Notes: generated by a model not told the origin, from the sequence alone. A stretch of 64,000 bases of DNA from an uncultured Eubacteriales bacterium (GCA_903835065.1 CAILLO010000036.1:44342-108341), one strand, 5' to 3'. Positions 8,874 through 19,538 are shown, numbered from the stretch's first letter. Numbers and translations are program-made.

Positions 8874-10706
8874 GTGGCGGAGATGATCCATCTGACGGTC
8901 GACGAACGGGCCCTCCTGGCGGAAGACGGCGAGACGATCCTCCAGGTCGCGACGCGCAACCACATCGAGATCCCGACCCTGTGCTACCTGAAGGACGTCC
9001 ACAAGACCGGCGCGTGCCGGCTGTGCGTGGTCGAGGTCGAGGGGTCGAAGACCCTGGTGGCCTCCTGCATCGCCCCGGCGACGGAGGGGATGGTGGTCCG
9101 CACCAGCACCCAGCGCGTCCGCAAGGCGCGCAAGGTCCTGTACGAGCTGATGCTGTCGGACCACCCGGCGGACTGCCTGCACTGCGAGCGCAACCAGAGC
9201 TGCGAGTTCCAGCGCGCCGGCGAGATCGTCAACGTGCGGTCGGCGCGGTTCGAGGGGCGCCGGTCGCGGGCGCTGGTGGACGACACCAGCCCGTCGGTCG
9301 TGCGCGACACGAGCAAGTGCATCCTGTGCCGCCGCTGCGTGACGGTGTGCAACGAGGTCCAGGGCGTGGGCGCGCTGAACGCCCAGCACCGCGGCTTCAC
9401 GACCGAGATCGGGCCGGGCGGCGACCTGCTGCTGGGCTCCGCGGTCTGCGCCTTCTGCGGCCAGTGCACCACGGTCTGCCCGGTCGACGCCCTGCACGAG
9501 GCGGACTCGACCGCGGCGGTCTGGAAGGCACTCGCCGACCCGGACAAGGTCGTGGTCGTGCAGACCGCGCCCGCCGTGCGCGCGGCGCTCGGCGAGGAGT
9601 TCGGGCTCCCGCCCGGCACGATCGTGACCGGCCGCATGGCCGAGTCGCTGCGCCGGCTTGGGTTCGACTACGTGTTCGACACCAACTTCACCGCCGACCT
9701 CACGATCCTCGAGGAGGGCTACGAGCTGCTCGGCCGCATCACGTCGCTGTTCCGCTCGAAGGGCGCCGTGTCCGACGAGCGCCTCGCGAAGCTGGGACTG
9801 CCCGCTCACCTGCCGGCCCCTGTGCTGCCGATGGTCACGAGCTGCAGCCCGGGCTGGATCAAGTACGCCGAGCACTTCCACGCCCCGCTGCTGGACCACC
9901 TGTCGACCTGCAAGTCCCCGCACATGATGCTGGGCGCGCTGACCAAGAGCTGGTTCGCCGAGCGGACCGGCATCGACCCGAAGAAGATGTTCGTCGTCTC
10001 GGTCATGCCCTGCACGGCCAAGAAGTTCGAGATCACGCGCCCCGAGATGGAGAACGGCGGCGTGCGCAACGTCGACGCGGTCCTGACGACGCGCGAGCTG
10101 GGGCGGATGGTCCGCGAGGCGGGGCTCGGCTTCCCGACCCTGCCGGAGGGGCGCTTCGACAACCCGATGGGGCAGTCGACGGGCGCGGCCGACGTGTTCG
10201 GCGTGACGGGCGGCGTCATGGAGGCGGCCCTGCGCACGGTGTACGAGGTGGTGACGGGGCGCCCGCTGCCCTTCGACCGGCTGCACGTGGCCCCGATCCA
10301 GGGTTTCGAGCGCATCAAGACGGCCGCGTTCACGCTGTCCGAGGTCAAGCCCGAGTGGGACTTCCTCGAGGGCGTCGAGGTCGGTGTCGCCGTGACGAGC
10401 GGCCTCGCCGGAGCGCGGGTGCTGATGGACCAGATCGCGGAGGGGAAGAGCCCGTACCTGTTCATCGAGGTCATGGGCTGCCCGGGCGGCTGCATCAGCG
10501 GCGGCGGCCAGCCGCGCCTCACGACCGACGAGATCCGGCAGAAGCGCCTCGAGGCCATCTACCGCGAGGACGAGGGCAAGCCGATCCGCAAGTCGCACGA
10601 GAACCCCGACATCCTGAAGCTCTACAGCGAGTTTCTCGGGCAGCCCGACGGACACCGCTCGCATGAGCTGCTGCACACGACCTATACCGAGAGACGGCGC
10701 AACTAG
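8874..10706 (+). CDS. hydA: Group A [FeFe]-hydrogenase catalytic subunit
   Basis: H-cluster motifs TSCSPGW, MPCTAKKFE, EVMGCPGGCISGGGQP; N-terminal 2Fe-2S, His-ligated 4Fe-4S and two 4Fe-4S motifs. Confidence 0.95.
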   Translation: MAEMIHLTVDERALLAEDGETILQVATRNHIEIPTLCYLKDVHKTGACRLCVVEVEGSKTLVASCIAPATEGMVVRTSTQRVRKARKVLYELMLSDHPADCLHCERNQSCEFQRAGEIVNVRSARFEGRRSRALVDDTSPSVVRDTSKCILCRRCVTVCNEVQGVGALNAQHRGFTTEIGPGGDLLLGSAVCAFCGQCTTVCPVDALHEADSTAAVWKALADPDKVVVVQTAPAVRAALGEEFGLPPGTIVTGRMAESLRRLGFDYVFDTNFTADLTILEEGYELLGRITSLFRSKGAVSDERLAKLGLPAHLPAPVLPMVTSCSPGWIKYAEHFHAPLLDHLSTCKSPHMMLGALTKSWFAERTGIDPKKMFVVSVMPCTAKKFEITRPEMENGGVRNVDAVLTTRELGRMVREAGLGFPTLPEGRFDNPMGQSTGAADVFGVTGGVMEAALRTVYEVVTGRPLPFDRLHVAPIQGFERIKTAAFTLSEVKPEWDFLEGVEVGVAVTSGLAGARVLMDQIAEGKSPYLFIEVMGCPGGCISGGGQPRLTTDEIRQKRLEAIYREDEGKPIRKSHENPDILKLYSEFLGQPDGHRSHELLHTTYTERRRN

Positions 10707-10746
10707 AAGCAGGGCCGGTGCGGGCGCTCGGGACGCACTCGCGAAA

Positions 10747-10823
10747 ATGAATTTTTTGCAATGGACTGCCAGAACTCATGAAATACATGAAGTTTTTGCA
10801 GTCCGTTGCAACAACTCTTGAAA
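10747..10823. repeat. AT-rich element that is both a 40-bp-period direct repeat and a long imperfect inverted repeat
   Basis: ATGAAttTTTTGCA...AACTCaTGAAA repeated as ATGAAgtTTTTGCA...AACTCtTGAAA; TTGCAATGGACTGC pairs with GCAGTCCGTTGCAA (10756-10811). Confidence 0.65.
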
Positions 10824-10852
10824 CCGCCTCCCATACGGCGTAGGTTGTCGTC

Positions 10853-11800
10853 ATGGACCACGCGATCCGCAGCCTCTACGACGAACGTCTCCTGTCGGGG
10901 GATTTCCGGCCGGTGATCGATGCCTGGTACTACCGGGTCTGGGACGGCTTCGACATGACGCCGCACCGGCACGACCGCATGGAGATCATGTACGTCGTGA
11001 CCGGCGAGTGCATGGTGCACATCGGCGCCGACCTGCTGCGCATGCAGGCGGGTTCGCTGATCCTGGTCGACGCGGGCGTCGCGCACAGCCTGCACGTGCC
11101 GGCCGGCGCCCCGTGCCGCATGATGAACCTCGAGTTCGGCTTCGCACCCGGCGCCGCGCTACTGCCCGCCTCGGCCGCCGCGCTCGCGATTCCGGCGCTG
11201 CGGTCGTTCCTGTCGCCGCCCCGCGCCTATCGGATCCTGTCCGACGCCGAGGACCTTCACATGCGCATCCGCACGCTGCTCGACACGCTCGACGCCCGGT
11301 CCCCTGCCGGGTCGCCGGCCGCGCAGGGGGCGACCGCGCCGAACGCCGAACTCGAACTGCACTTCCTCGGGCTGCTCGTGTCGATGGCCCGGCGCTCCGC
11401 CGAAGGGCCGGGCGGGGAGGGGGGGACCGGCCTCGTGCCGGTGCACGTGCGGCGCGCGCTGCTGTTCCTGCGCGAGAACTACGACCGCGAGATCGGCCTG
11501 GCCGAGACCGCGGCGGCCGTGGGCGTTTCCGCGGGCCATCTCGCGCGCGTCTTCCGCGTCTCGACCGGCGGCTCCGTCGGGGCGACGCTCGCCCGCATCC
11601 GTCTCGAGCGCGCCCAACAGCTGCTCTCCGACAGCGACCACCCGGTCGGAACGATCGCCGGGATGGTCGGATTCGACAGCCGCCACTACTTCAACGCGTT
11701 CTTCCGTGCGCGGTGCGGCATGACGCCGTCGGCCTACCGCGCGCAGGCCCGGCACCGATTCAAGAACCCCGACGGCGTCGACGGGGACCCTTGGGTATAG
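10853..11800 (+). CDS. AraC-family transcriptional regulator (cupin + double HTH)
   Basis: HRHDRMEIMYV cupin motif; IAGMVGFDSRHYFNAFFRARCGMTPSAYR. Confidence 0.93.
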   Translation: MDHAIRSLYDERLLSGDFRPVIDAWYYRVWDGFDMTPHRHDRMEIMYVVTGECMVHIGADLLRMQAGSLILVDAGVAHSLHVPAGAPCRMMNLEFGFAPGAALLPASAAALAIPALRSFLSPPRAYRILSDAEDLHMRIRTLLDTLDARSPAGSPAAQGATAPNAELELHFLGLLVSMARRSAEGPGGEGGTGLVPVHVRRALLFLRENYDREIGLAETAAAVGVSAGHLARVFRVSTGGSVGATLARIRLERAQQLLSDSDHPVGTIAGMVGFDSRHYFNAFFRARCGMTPSAYRAQARHRFKNPDGVDGDPWV

Positions 11801-11887
11801 CACATTTCCGATAAGGCGGACGGACGTCCAGGGGGAGAGCGTCGATCCACGACAGAACAGACACCATGCCCCAATGGGAAGCCCCTC

Positions 11888-11940
11888 TTGACGCCCTTCC
11901 GTTTACGGGTGTAGTATCAAGTTGAATTTACACATGTAAA
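11888..11940 (+). promoter_or_regulatory. sigmaA promoter with BlaI/MecI/CopY-type operators
   Basis: TTGACG (11888)-18 nt-TAGTAT (11912); TTTACA-CA-TGTAAA (11927-11940) and degenerate TACG-GG-TGTA overlapping the -10. Confidence 0.8.
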
Positions 11941-11969
11941 CATATCGCGCTCGTGCCGGGAGGTGTTCC

Positions 11970-12353
11970 ATGAAGGGTCCCTTCGACAAGGTCGCCGAGT
12001 CCGAACTGCAGATCCTGAAGGCCCTCTGGGCCAGCAAGGAGCCGTTGTCGTCCTCGCAGATCGTCGCGGCGGTCTCGGCCGTCACGACCTGGGAGGCGAC
12101 GACCATCCGGACCCTGATCCACCGCCTCCTGATCAAGGGCGTTCTCAAGGCCGAGAAGCGGGACGTCCAGTACTACCGCCCGACCGTCACGGAGGCCGCG
12201 TTCGGCAAGCACCAGACGGCCCGGCTGCTCGACACCTTCTACTCCGGCAAGGCCGCCAACCTTTTCTCGGCCCTCTATCAGCAGAAGCAACTGAGCGCGG
12301 CGGACCTCGCCGAGCTCCGCGCGCTACTCGTGAAGGAGATCGGCCATGAGTGA
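11970..12353 (+). CDS. BlaI/MecI/CopY-family repressor
   Basis: ESELQILKALW, WEATTIRTLIHRLLIKG, LSAADLAEL. Confidence 0.93.
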   Translation: MKGPFDKVAESELQILKALWASKEPLSSSQIVAAVSAVTTWEATTIRTLIHRLLIKGVLKAEKRDVQYYRPTVTEAAFGKHQTARLLDTFYSGKAANLFSALYQQKQLSAADLAELRALLVKEIGHE

Positions 12354-14433
12354 GGCGCTCGTCCGGCTCCTGCTGCTGTCCCTGGCCGGCTCCCTTCTCG
12401 CGCTGCTCCTCTATCTTCTGCAGCCGCTCCTCGAGCGGATCGTCACGCGGCGCATCCTGTACGTCCTCTGGATCATCGTGATGGTGCGCATGGTGGTGCC
12501 GGTCGGCATCGCCAGCGTCGGGACGGGCGCGTTCGTCCCGCATGCGACTCCGACGTCCGCTGTCACGCAGTCGGCGCCGACGGCCCCGGCCGCAACTTCG
12601 ACGCCCCATCCGACCCAGCCCTCCACGACGGCCACGACCGTACCGACGAAGTCCGAGGCGACGCCCACTCCGGTGGGGAGCGCGGTCATCGGCGGGGGCA
12701 CGTCGACGGGAGGTGGAGCGATCGTCGCACTGTTGTCGAAGGTGTCGGATGCCGTGGACGGAATCGTCCGGTCCGTCCTGGTTTCGGTGACGCCGCTGTC
12801 AACGGTGCTGCTCGGCATCTGGCTGCTCGGAGCGCTCGTCGGACTTTCGTTCGGCAGCGTCCGCCACCGCCGCATCCTGCGGGCGATCCGCAGGGAAGCG
12901 CGTCCGGCTTCACCGAAGGATGTCGCGCTGCTGGACGCATGCCGGGCCGAGTTCGGAATCCGGCAGCCCGTCGAGATGATCCGCGCCGCCTCGGTGCCGA
13001 CCCCGATCCTGTCCGGTATCGTCCGCCCCCTGCTGTGCCTGCCCGAGCGGGAGTTCACGGCCGAGGAGCTGCGGCTGGTGCTGCACCACGAGCTGATGCA
13101 CCTGAAGCACCACGACCTGCTGGTCAAGCGGATCGCCCTCTGGGTCAGCGCGGTCCATTGGTTCAACCCTGCGGTCCACCTCATCCGCCACGAACTTACC
13201 CAGGCGGCTGAACTGGCGTGCGACGAGTCGGTCAGCTCCCGGCTCGAGAAGGTCGACCGGAAGCGCTACGGGGAAGTGCTGCTGCAGCAGGCGGCACAGC
13301 GGCCCTATCCGCCGTTCTCCGGCACGCAGTCCCTCTCCGAGTCCGGCCGGAGGCTCGGCCAGCGGCTGAAGGTCATCGCCCAGATGAAGGCCGCGCCTCG
13401 CCGCAAGCGAGTCGCCGGACTGGCCGTACTGCTGTTGCTTCTCGTCGTTCCGCTGCCCCAGTTCGCGCCGATCGCCCTGACGGGTTGCACGGCTCCTGCC
13501 GGATCGGATCTCCTGAACGACGTGATGGCGGCGACTGGCTTCCAGTACAAGGTTTGGACCTGGGGCATGTCGGAGTCGGATTTTCTGGCGCAGAACAAGA
13601 CGGAACCGATCGTCACGCTGGGGTCCATGAAGGGAATCGTCATATACTCCGACACGAATCGGCATGCCTATTCGAGGCCTTCCATCACGATGTTCCCCGT
13701 CTTCACGTTCAGCGACGGGCAACTTTCGAATGTGAAGCTCATCGCCGAATTTACCGACGTCGACTCCTTCGCAGCCGCTGCGAAGAGACTCAAGGTGGTG
13801 CTCGACGGGTTGCCGGCTCCACGAAACGGCAGCACGGATTTCCTCGAAGTGGTTCCGCCCGTGACCGGAGCAGGATTGGGCCGAGACCTTTGGGCCGGGA
13901 CCGACGGCAGTTCGATGGAGATCGGCACGTACGATTCATCGGGTTCATCCACGAACGGTACGAAGTATTCGATCGTCATCGCACTGGGTACTTCGAATCT
14001 CCGCACCGCTACAAGTCAGGACGTCGAAGCCGCGTGGAAGGCCGTCGGGCTCGATGTCGTCCGGCAGTCGACGGAACGTGCCGATCTCGCACTCGATGGG
14101 GTCGTCCCTGTTTCCTACACCTGGACGAACGCGATTCCGGCGGCTGTCCACGTCTACATCTGCGGTTCCGCGGAAAAGCTGGCGACCGTCGTTTCCGCCT
14201 ACGATTCCCATGGTGCCGGTTCCGACCCGAACTGGTCGGAGAATCCGACCTTGGTCATGCGCATGACGGAAGCGAATCTGATGATCGTCGCGGCGTGCGG
14301 CGGGTCCGTTGAGGACGCGAACGATTTCTTCCGCCTGATCCAGGTCGGGTTGAACCGTCTGGACAATGGAGCTAGTCCGACGTCCATGGCTACGGGGACG
14401 ACGACCCCCGCTCCGACCCCGCACACCAGCTGA
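12346..14433 (+). CDS. BlaR1-like M56 metallopeptidase sensor with unrecognised extracellular C-terminal domain
   Basis: HELMH zinc motif, HWFNP, ELACDE; TM segments; no recognisable penicillin-binding domain after the last TM. Confidence 0.9.
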   Translation: MSEALVRLLLLSLAGSLLALLLYLLQPLLERIVTRRILYVLWIIVMVRMVVPVGIASVGTGAFVPHATPTSAVTQSAPTAPAATSTPHPTQPSTTATTVPTKSEATPTPVGSAVIGGGTSTGGGAIVALLSKVSDAVDGIVRSVLVSVTPLSTVLLGIWLLGALVGLSFGSVRHRRILRAIRREARPASPKDVALLDACRAEFGIRQPVEMIRAASVPTPILSGIVRPLLCLPEREFTAEELRLVLHHELMHLKHHDLLVKRIALWVSAVHWFNPAVHLIRHELTQAAELACDESVSSRLEKVDRKRYGEVLLQQAAQRPYPPFSGTQSLSESGRRLGQRLKVIAQMKAAPRRKRVAGLAVLLLLLVVPLPQFAPIALTGCTAPAGSDLLNDVMAATGFQYKVWTWGMSESDFLAQNKTEPIVTLGSMKGIVIYSDTNRHAYSRPSITMFPVFTFSDGQLSNVKLIAEFTDVDSFAAAAKRLKVVLDGLPAPRNGSTDFLEVVPPVTGAGLGRDLWAGTDGSSMEIGTYDSSGSSTNGTKYSIVIALGTSNLRTATSQDVEAAWKAVGLDVVRQSTERADLALDGVVPVSYTWTNAIPAAVHVYICGSAEKLATVVSAYDSHGAGSDPNWSENPTLVMRMTEANLMIVAACGGSVEDANDFFRLIQVGLNRLDNGASPTSMATGTTTPAPTPHTS

Positions 14434-14444
14434 CACGCGCACAG

Positions 14445-15191
14445 GTGGATCGGATCGGCGTCGGCTTCTTCGCGCTGACCGTCTATGCCCTCGCATATCC
14501 CGATTCCAACGGGTACTCTGCCGGACTGACATACCCGGCTTCCTATGCGATCCAGGAAGGCGGGACGGTTTCGTTCACATATTCCGAAGAGCCACCATAC
14601 AAGAATCCGGAAGTGGTCTATGTCCTGTCGAAAACGGTCACCGATGCGTCCGGAACCTCGGTGACTTCCGCCATCCCCGACCCGAGCCCCGTCAAGGACT
14701 GGTCGATTCAGAAGGGCACCCTGACGATCGACGCCGAGTCCTCCTTCTCGTCCGGTTTGAACGTCGACGATCTGGTCGCCCGACTGGGTACGCCCATCTC
14801 CGACAAGACGGCGGCGTACGATGTGGCGCCGATCGGGAAGTACCGAGCCCGGACGATTGCATATGATGGCCTGACGCTTGTGTTCTTCAAAAACCAGGAC
14901 ACGAAGACGCCGGCCCTCTGGGAGATGCGGGACTGCGCCGTTGCAGAGTCCGGTTGGTCGACGCCTCGCGGGCTGGCCATCGGCGAGAGCGACCTGGACG
15001 TCATGCGGAGTTTCGGAACCGGCGATTTCCTGCTCGACGCAGACCTTTCCAACGGCGCATTGCAGGATTTGAAAGTCTATGACCGTCGGACGGTCTTCGA
15101 GGGCACGGGAGTGCCTGCGATCATCGAGATCTCCTTTCAGGACGGCAAGGTTTCGGCATTCGAATTCCGTCCGCCTCCAGGCGACGTGTAG
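14445..15191 (+). CDS. Hypothetical protein, possibly exported or 5'-truncated
   Basis: 248-aa ORF with weak start context and atypical codon usage similar to the upstream sensor domain. Confidence 0.55.
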   Translation: MDRIGVGFFALTVYALAYPDSNGYSAGLTYPASYAIQEGGTVSFTYSEEPPYKNPEVVYVLSKTVTDASGTSVTSAIPDPSPVKDWSIQKGTLTIDAESSFSSGLNVDDLVARLGTPISDKTAAYDVAPIGKYRARTIAYDGLTLVFFKNQDTKTPALWEMRDCAVAESGWSTPRGLAIGESDLDVMRSFGTGDFLLDADLSNGALQDLKVYDRRTVFEGTGVPAIIEISFQDGKVSAFEFRPPPGDV

Positions 15192-15224
15192 AATTTCGTC
15201 ACATCTTCCACCCATACCTGATCT

Positions 15225-15345
15225 GGTACATCATCGTTTTCCTGGAAATGGAGCGTCCGCCCTCGGTTCGAACTTGTAAGAAATCCTTACAGGTTGAATC
15301 GGGATCCAATTCTCCTTCTTGATAGATATTCCGGATATGCATCGT
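15225..15345 (-). pseudogene. Fragment of a RhuM-family gene
   Basis: MHIRNIYQEGELDPDSTCKDFLQVRTEGGRSISRKTMMY resembles the RhuM N-terminal conserved block; similarity is lost on both sides. Confidence 0.75.
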
Positions 15346-15622
15346 GCACCCCCGCCATGGAGATGGTATGAAGATCGGGTGCCGGATGACTCGCCACGGT
15401 GGCTGAATCAAGGTCGTAAAGGTGGGATCGACCCCAGGCATGAGCTTCAGGAATCGGCGTCATTTCATGTCGATTCGGTCTCTCGTCCACCCCACATCAC
15501 GATTCCTTACATTTCGCGCGTTCCGGTGCGCGAGTACCGCACTCCTCGCGGGGCCCAGGGTGTACGATGGCGGCATGGGACCCGCGGCGACCGCCGCGGG
15601 CAGAGAAGAGGAGGCCCCGACC

Positions 15623-17101
15623 ATGACGAACCTCAAGAAGCTCACCTTCCATTTCCTCGTCGGCAGCCAGGATCTTTACGGCGCCGACGTGCTGAAGTCC
15701 GTCGACGAGCACGCGCGCGAGATGGCCGCCTACTTCAACGCCGACGCGCGGATCCCCGGGACCGTCGTCTTCGTGCCGGTCCTGCGCAACTCCGACGGGA
15801 TCGCCCGCGCGATCCAGGCCGCCAACACCGACGCGTCCTGCGCCGGCGTGATCACGTGGATGCACACGTTCTCGCCGTCCAAGATGTGGATCCGCGGCCT
15901 GTCGACGCTGCAGAAGCCCCTGCTGCACCTCGACACGCAATACTTCCGGGATATCCCGTGGGGCACGATCGACATGGACTACATGAACCTCAACCAATCG
16001 GCGCACGGCGACCGCGAGCACGGGTTCATCCTGTCCCGCATGCGCATCCCGCAGAAGGCCTTGGCCGGGTACTGGAAGGACGAGACGCTCCTCTCGCGCA
16101 TCGGCGCCTGGATGCGGGCCGCCGCGGGCGTGGCCGAGGGCCGGAAGCTCCGCGTGCTGCGCATCAGCGACAACATGCGCGAGGTCGCGGTGACCGAGGG
16201 CGACAAGGTCGAGGCGCATATCAAATTCGGCTGGTCGGTCGACCACTACGGCGTCGAGGACCTGATCGCGGAGGTCGAGAAGACGACCGAGGCGGAGATC
16301 GACGCGCAGATGGCCGAGTATCGCGAACGCTACGCGCTGCAGACGGAGAACGTCGCCGCGGTGCGCTACCAGGCCCGCGAGGAGGCCGCGCTCAAGCGCT
16401 TCCTCGAGGCCGGAGGGTTCGGCGCCTTCCACACGAACTTCCAGGACCTGCAGCAGCTGAAGCAACTGCCCGGCCTCGCCGCGCAGGACCTCATGCGGCA
16501 GGGCTACGGGTTCGCCGGCGAAGGCGACTGGAAGACGGCCGCCATGGTCCGCGTCGTGAAGGCGATGGGCGAGGGCCGCACGGGCGGCGCGTCGTTCATG
16601 GAGGACTACACGTACCACCTCGAGCCGGGCAACGAGCTGGTCCTCGGAGCCCACATGCTCGAGATCTGCCCCTCGATCGCGGCGGAGAAGCCCGCCGTCA
16701 AGGTCGTGCCGCTCGGCATCGGCGACCGCGATCCGCCCGCGCGCCTGACCTTCCGCGCCGCCACCGGACCCGCCGTCCTCGTGTCGCTGGTCGACATGGG
16801 CGAGCGGTTCCGCCTGATCGTGAACGACGTCGAGTGCGTCGCGCAGCCGCACGACATGCCGAATCTGCCCGTCGCGGCCGCGCTGTGGAAGCCGCTGCCC
16901 GACTTCGCGACGTCCGCCGAGGCCTGGATGTACGCGGGCGGCGCGCACCACTCGGTGCTGAGCTATGCGGTGACCGCCGAGGAGCTGCGCGACTGGGCCG
17001 AGATCGTCGACGTCGAGTTCGTGCACATCGGGAAGGGCACGCGCATCGAGGACCTGCGCCGCGACCTGGCGCTGAACGACGCGCTCTGGAAGCTCAGGTA
17101 G
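15623..17101 (+). CDS. araA: L-arabinose isomerase
   Basis: [51 protein letters not shown]. Confidence 0.97.
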   Translation: MTNLKKLTFHFLVGSQDLYGADVLKSVDEHAREMAAYFNADARIPGTVVFVPVLRNSDGIARAIQAANTDASCAGVITWMHTFSPSKMWIRGLSTLQKPLLHLDTQYFRDIPWGTIDMDYMNLNQSAHGDREHGFILSRMRIPQKALAGYWKDETLLSRIGAWMRAAAGVAEGRKLRVLRISDNMREVAVTEGDKVEAHIKFGWSVDHYGVEDLIAEVEKTTEAEIDAQMAEYRERYALQTENVAAVRYQAREEAALKRFLEAGGFGAFHTNFQDLQQLKQLPGLAAQDLMRQGYGFAGEGDWKTAAMVRVVKAMGEGRTGGASFMEDYTYHLEPGNELVLGAHMLEICPSIAAEKPAVKVVPLGIGDRDPPARLTFRAATGPAVLVSLVDMGERFRLIVNDVECVAQPHDMPNLPVAAALWKPLPDFATSAEAWMYAGGAHHSVLSYAVTAEELRDWAEIVDVEFVHIGKGTRIEDLRRDLALNDALWKLR

Positions 17102-17114
17102 GGAGGGGACGGAG

Positions 17115-17822
17115 ATGGACCGACTCGTCGAACAGGTGCTGGAGGCCAACCTCGCGCTGCCTCGGCACGGACTGGTGCTGTTCACGTGGGGCAACGCGAG
17201 TGCGGTCGACCGCGCGCGGGGACTGGTGGCGATCAAGCCGAGCGGCGTCGAGTACGACGCGCTCACGGCCGAGACCATCGTGGTCGTCGACCTCGAGGGA
17301 CGCATCGTCTCCGGGTCGAAGCACCCGAGCAGCGACACCGACACGCACCTCGCGCTGTACCGCGCCTTCCCGGACATCGGCGGCATCGTGCACACGCATT
17401 CGAGCCGGGCGACGGCCTGGGCGCAGTCCTGCACCGACCTCCCGGCCTTCGGCACGACCCACGCCGACCACTTCCACGGCGCCGTGCCCTGCACCCGGCC
17501 GATGAACCGGTCGGAGATCGAGGGCGCGTACGAGTGGAACACGGGCGCCGTGATCGTCGAGACGTTCGAGCGGCGCGGGATCGACCCGCTGTCGGTTCCC
17601 GCCGTGCTCGTCGCGAGCCACGGACCGTTCACGTGGGGCCGGGACGCCGACGAGGCCGTCCACAACGCCGTCGTGCTGGAGGCGTGCGCTGGGATGGCCC
17701 TCGACTCCCTGCGCGTGCGTCCGGACCTCCCGCCGATGGACCGCGCGCTGCTCGACCGGCATTTCCTCCGCAAGCACGGCAAGGACGCTTATTACGGGCA
17801 ATCCAAAGGAGGCAGACCATGA
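17115..17822 (+). CDS. araD: L-ribulose-5-phosphate 4-epimerase
   Basis: [36 protein letters not shown]. Confidence 0.96.
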   Translation: MDRLVEQVLEANLALPRHGLVLFTWGNASAVDRARGLVAIKPSGVEYDALTAETIVVVDLEGRIVSGSKHPSSDTDTHLALYRAFPDIGGIVHTHSSRATAWAQSCTDLPAFGTTHADHFHGAVPCTRPMNRSEIEGAYEWNTGAVIVETFERRGIDPLSVPAVLVASHGPFTWGRDADEAVHNAVVLEACAGMALDSLRVRPDLPPMDRALLDRHFLRKHGKDAYYGQSKGGRP

Positions 17823-19426
17823 CACGCACCGCAACGGAGATCCGCGACGACATCGACGCCGGCCGCACCGCAATCGGCATCGAGCTGGGCTCGACCCGCA
17901 TCAAGGCCGTCCTGATCGGCCCCGACCACCAGCCGCTCGCCTCCGGCAGCCACGACTGGGAGAACGCGCTCGTCGACGGCGTCTGGACGTATTCGCTCGA
18001 CGACGTCCGGAAGGGCCTGGTCGCCAGCTTCGCCGCCCTCGCCACCCGCGTGGCGCAGGACTACGGGACGACCCTCGCGACGACCGGCGCGCTCGGCGTC
18101 AGCGCAATGATGCACGGCTACCTCGCGTTCGACGCCGCCGGGGAGTTGCTCGCGCCGTTCCGCACCTGGCGCAACAACCGCACCGGCGAGGCCGCGGAGG
18201 AGCTGACGGCCCTGCTCGGCTACCCGATTCCCCAGCGCTGGAGCATCGCCCACCTCGGGCAGGCCATCCTCGACGGCGAGCCCCATGTGAAGCGCCTCGC
18301 GCGGCTGACGACGCTGTCCGGCTACATCCACTGGAAGCTGACCGGACGCTTCGTCCTCGGTGTCGGCGACGCATCGGGCATGTTCCCCGTCGACCCCGCG
18401 ACCCACGGCTTCGACGCGCGCCGCGTCGAGAAGTTCGACCGCCACATCGCGGCGCACGGCTATCCGTGGAAGCTCGCCGCCTTGCTCCCCGAGGTCCTGG
18501 TCGCCGGCCAGCCCGCCGGGACGCTGACGCCGGAGGGCGCCGCGCTCCTCGACCCTTCCGGGACGCTCCGGGCCGGCATCCCGATGTGCCCGCCGGAGGG
18601 CGACGCGGGCACCGGCATGGTGGCGACGGACAGCATCGCCGTCCGCACCGGCAACGTGTCGGCCGGCACCTCGGTCTTCGCCATGATCGTGCTCGAGAAG
18701 GAGCTGTCGCGCGTCTACCCCGAACTCGACCTCGTGACGACGCCGGAGGGGAACCTCGTCGCGATGGCCCACTCCAACAACTGCTCGTCCGACACCGATG
18801 CCTGGATCGCCCTGTTCGGTGAGGCCGCCCGGGCGCTCGGGGCGGACGTCTCCAAGGCGACGCTGTACGACGTGCTGCTCGGACGGGCCCTCGAGGGCGA
18901 CGCCGACGCCGGCGGGCTGCTGTCCTACGGCTACGTCTCCGGCGAGCACCTGACCGGCTTCGCGGAGGGCCGCCCGCTGTTCGTGCGCGCGCCGGACAGC
19001 CGCTTCACCCTCGCCAACTTCATGCGGGCGAACCTGTTCTCGGCGCTGGGCGCCCTCCGCATCGGGCTGGACCGCCTGTTCGTGGACGAGTCCGTGGTCG
19101 TCGACGAGATCCGCGGGCACGGCGGCTTCTTCAAGACCCGGGAGGTCGGGCAGCGGATCATGGCCGCCGCGACCGGCGTGCCGGTCTCCGTACTGGAGAC
19201 GGCCGGGGAGGGCGGCGCCTGGGGCATCGCCCTGATGGCGGCCTACCTCGTGCGGAGGTCGGAGGGCGAGACGCTGGACGACTATCTCGACCAACGCGTC
19301 TTCGCCGGTCGGACGGCGACCGTCGTGCGGCCCGAACCGCACGACAGGGCGGGTTTCGACGCGTTCTTCGCCCGATATAAGTCAGGACTCGAGATCGAGC
19401 GGGCCGCGGTCGACCACCTGGAGTAG
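17819..19426 (+). CDS. FGGY-family sugar kinase, ribulokinase by context
   Basis: [32 protein letters not shown]; located in the ara operon. Confidence 0.9.
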   Translation: MTRTATEIRDDIDAGRTAIGIELGSTRIKAVLIGPDHQPLASGSHDWENALVDGVWTYSLDDVRKGLVASFAALATRVAQDYGTTLATTGALGVSAMMHGYLAFDAAGELLAPFRTWRNNRTGEAAEELTALLGYPIPQRWSIAHLGQAILDGEPHVKRLARLTTLSGYIHWKLTGRFVLGVGDASGMFPVDPATHGFDARRVEKFDRHIAAHGYPWKLAALLPEVLVAGQPAGTLTPEGAALLDPSGTLRAGIPMCPPEGDAGTGMVATDSIAVRTGNVSAGTSVFAMIVLEKELSRVYPELDLVTTPEGNLVAMAHSNNCSSDTDAWIALFGEAARALGADVSKATLYDVLLGRALEGDADAGGLLSYGYVSGEHLTGFAEGRPLFVRAPDSRFTLANFMRANLFSALGALRIGLDRLFVDESVVVDEIRGHGGFFKTREVGQRIMAAATGVPVSVLETAGEGGAWGIALMAAYLVRRSEGETLDDYLDQRVFAGRTATVVRPEPHDRAGFDAFFARYKSGLEIERAAVDHLE

Positions 19427-19538
19427 AGGCGGAAACCGACGTCGGCCTCTGGACGAGCGTCCTCCCATGGAATACAGTAAGGGGGAAGGCGCGGGTTCCC
19501 CGCGACCCGCAAGCCTGCCCCACGAGGAGGGATTCACC

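Noticed and set aside
5171-8965. Very long antisense and alternate-frame ORFs (also 19934-23110, 22708-26415, 23243-26071 and many others)
   Set aside because: Shadow ORFs expected in high-GC coding DNA; Arg/Ala/Gly/Pro-rich, without motifs, and overlapping well-supported genes
12346-14433. Beta-lactam resistance locus
   Set aside because: No recognisable penicillin-binding sensor domain and no adjacent beta-lactamase or PBP gene
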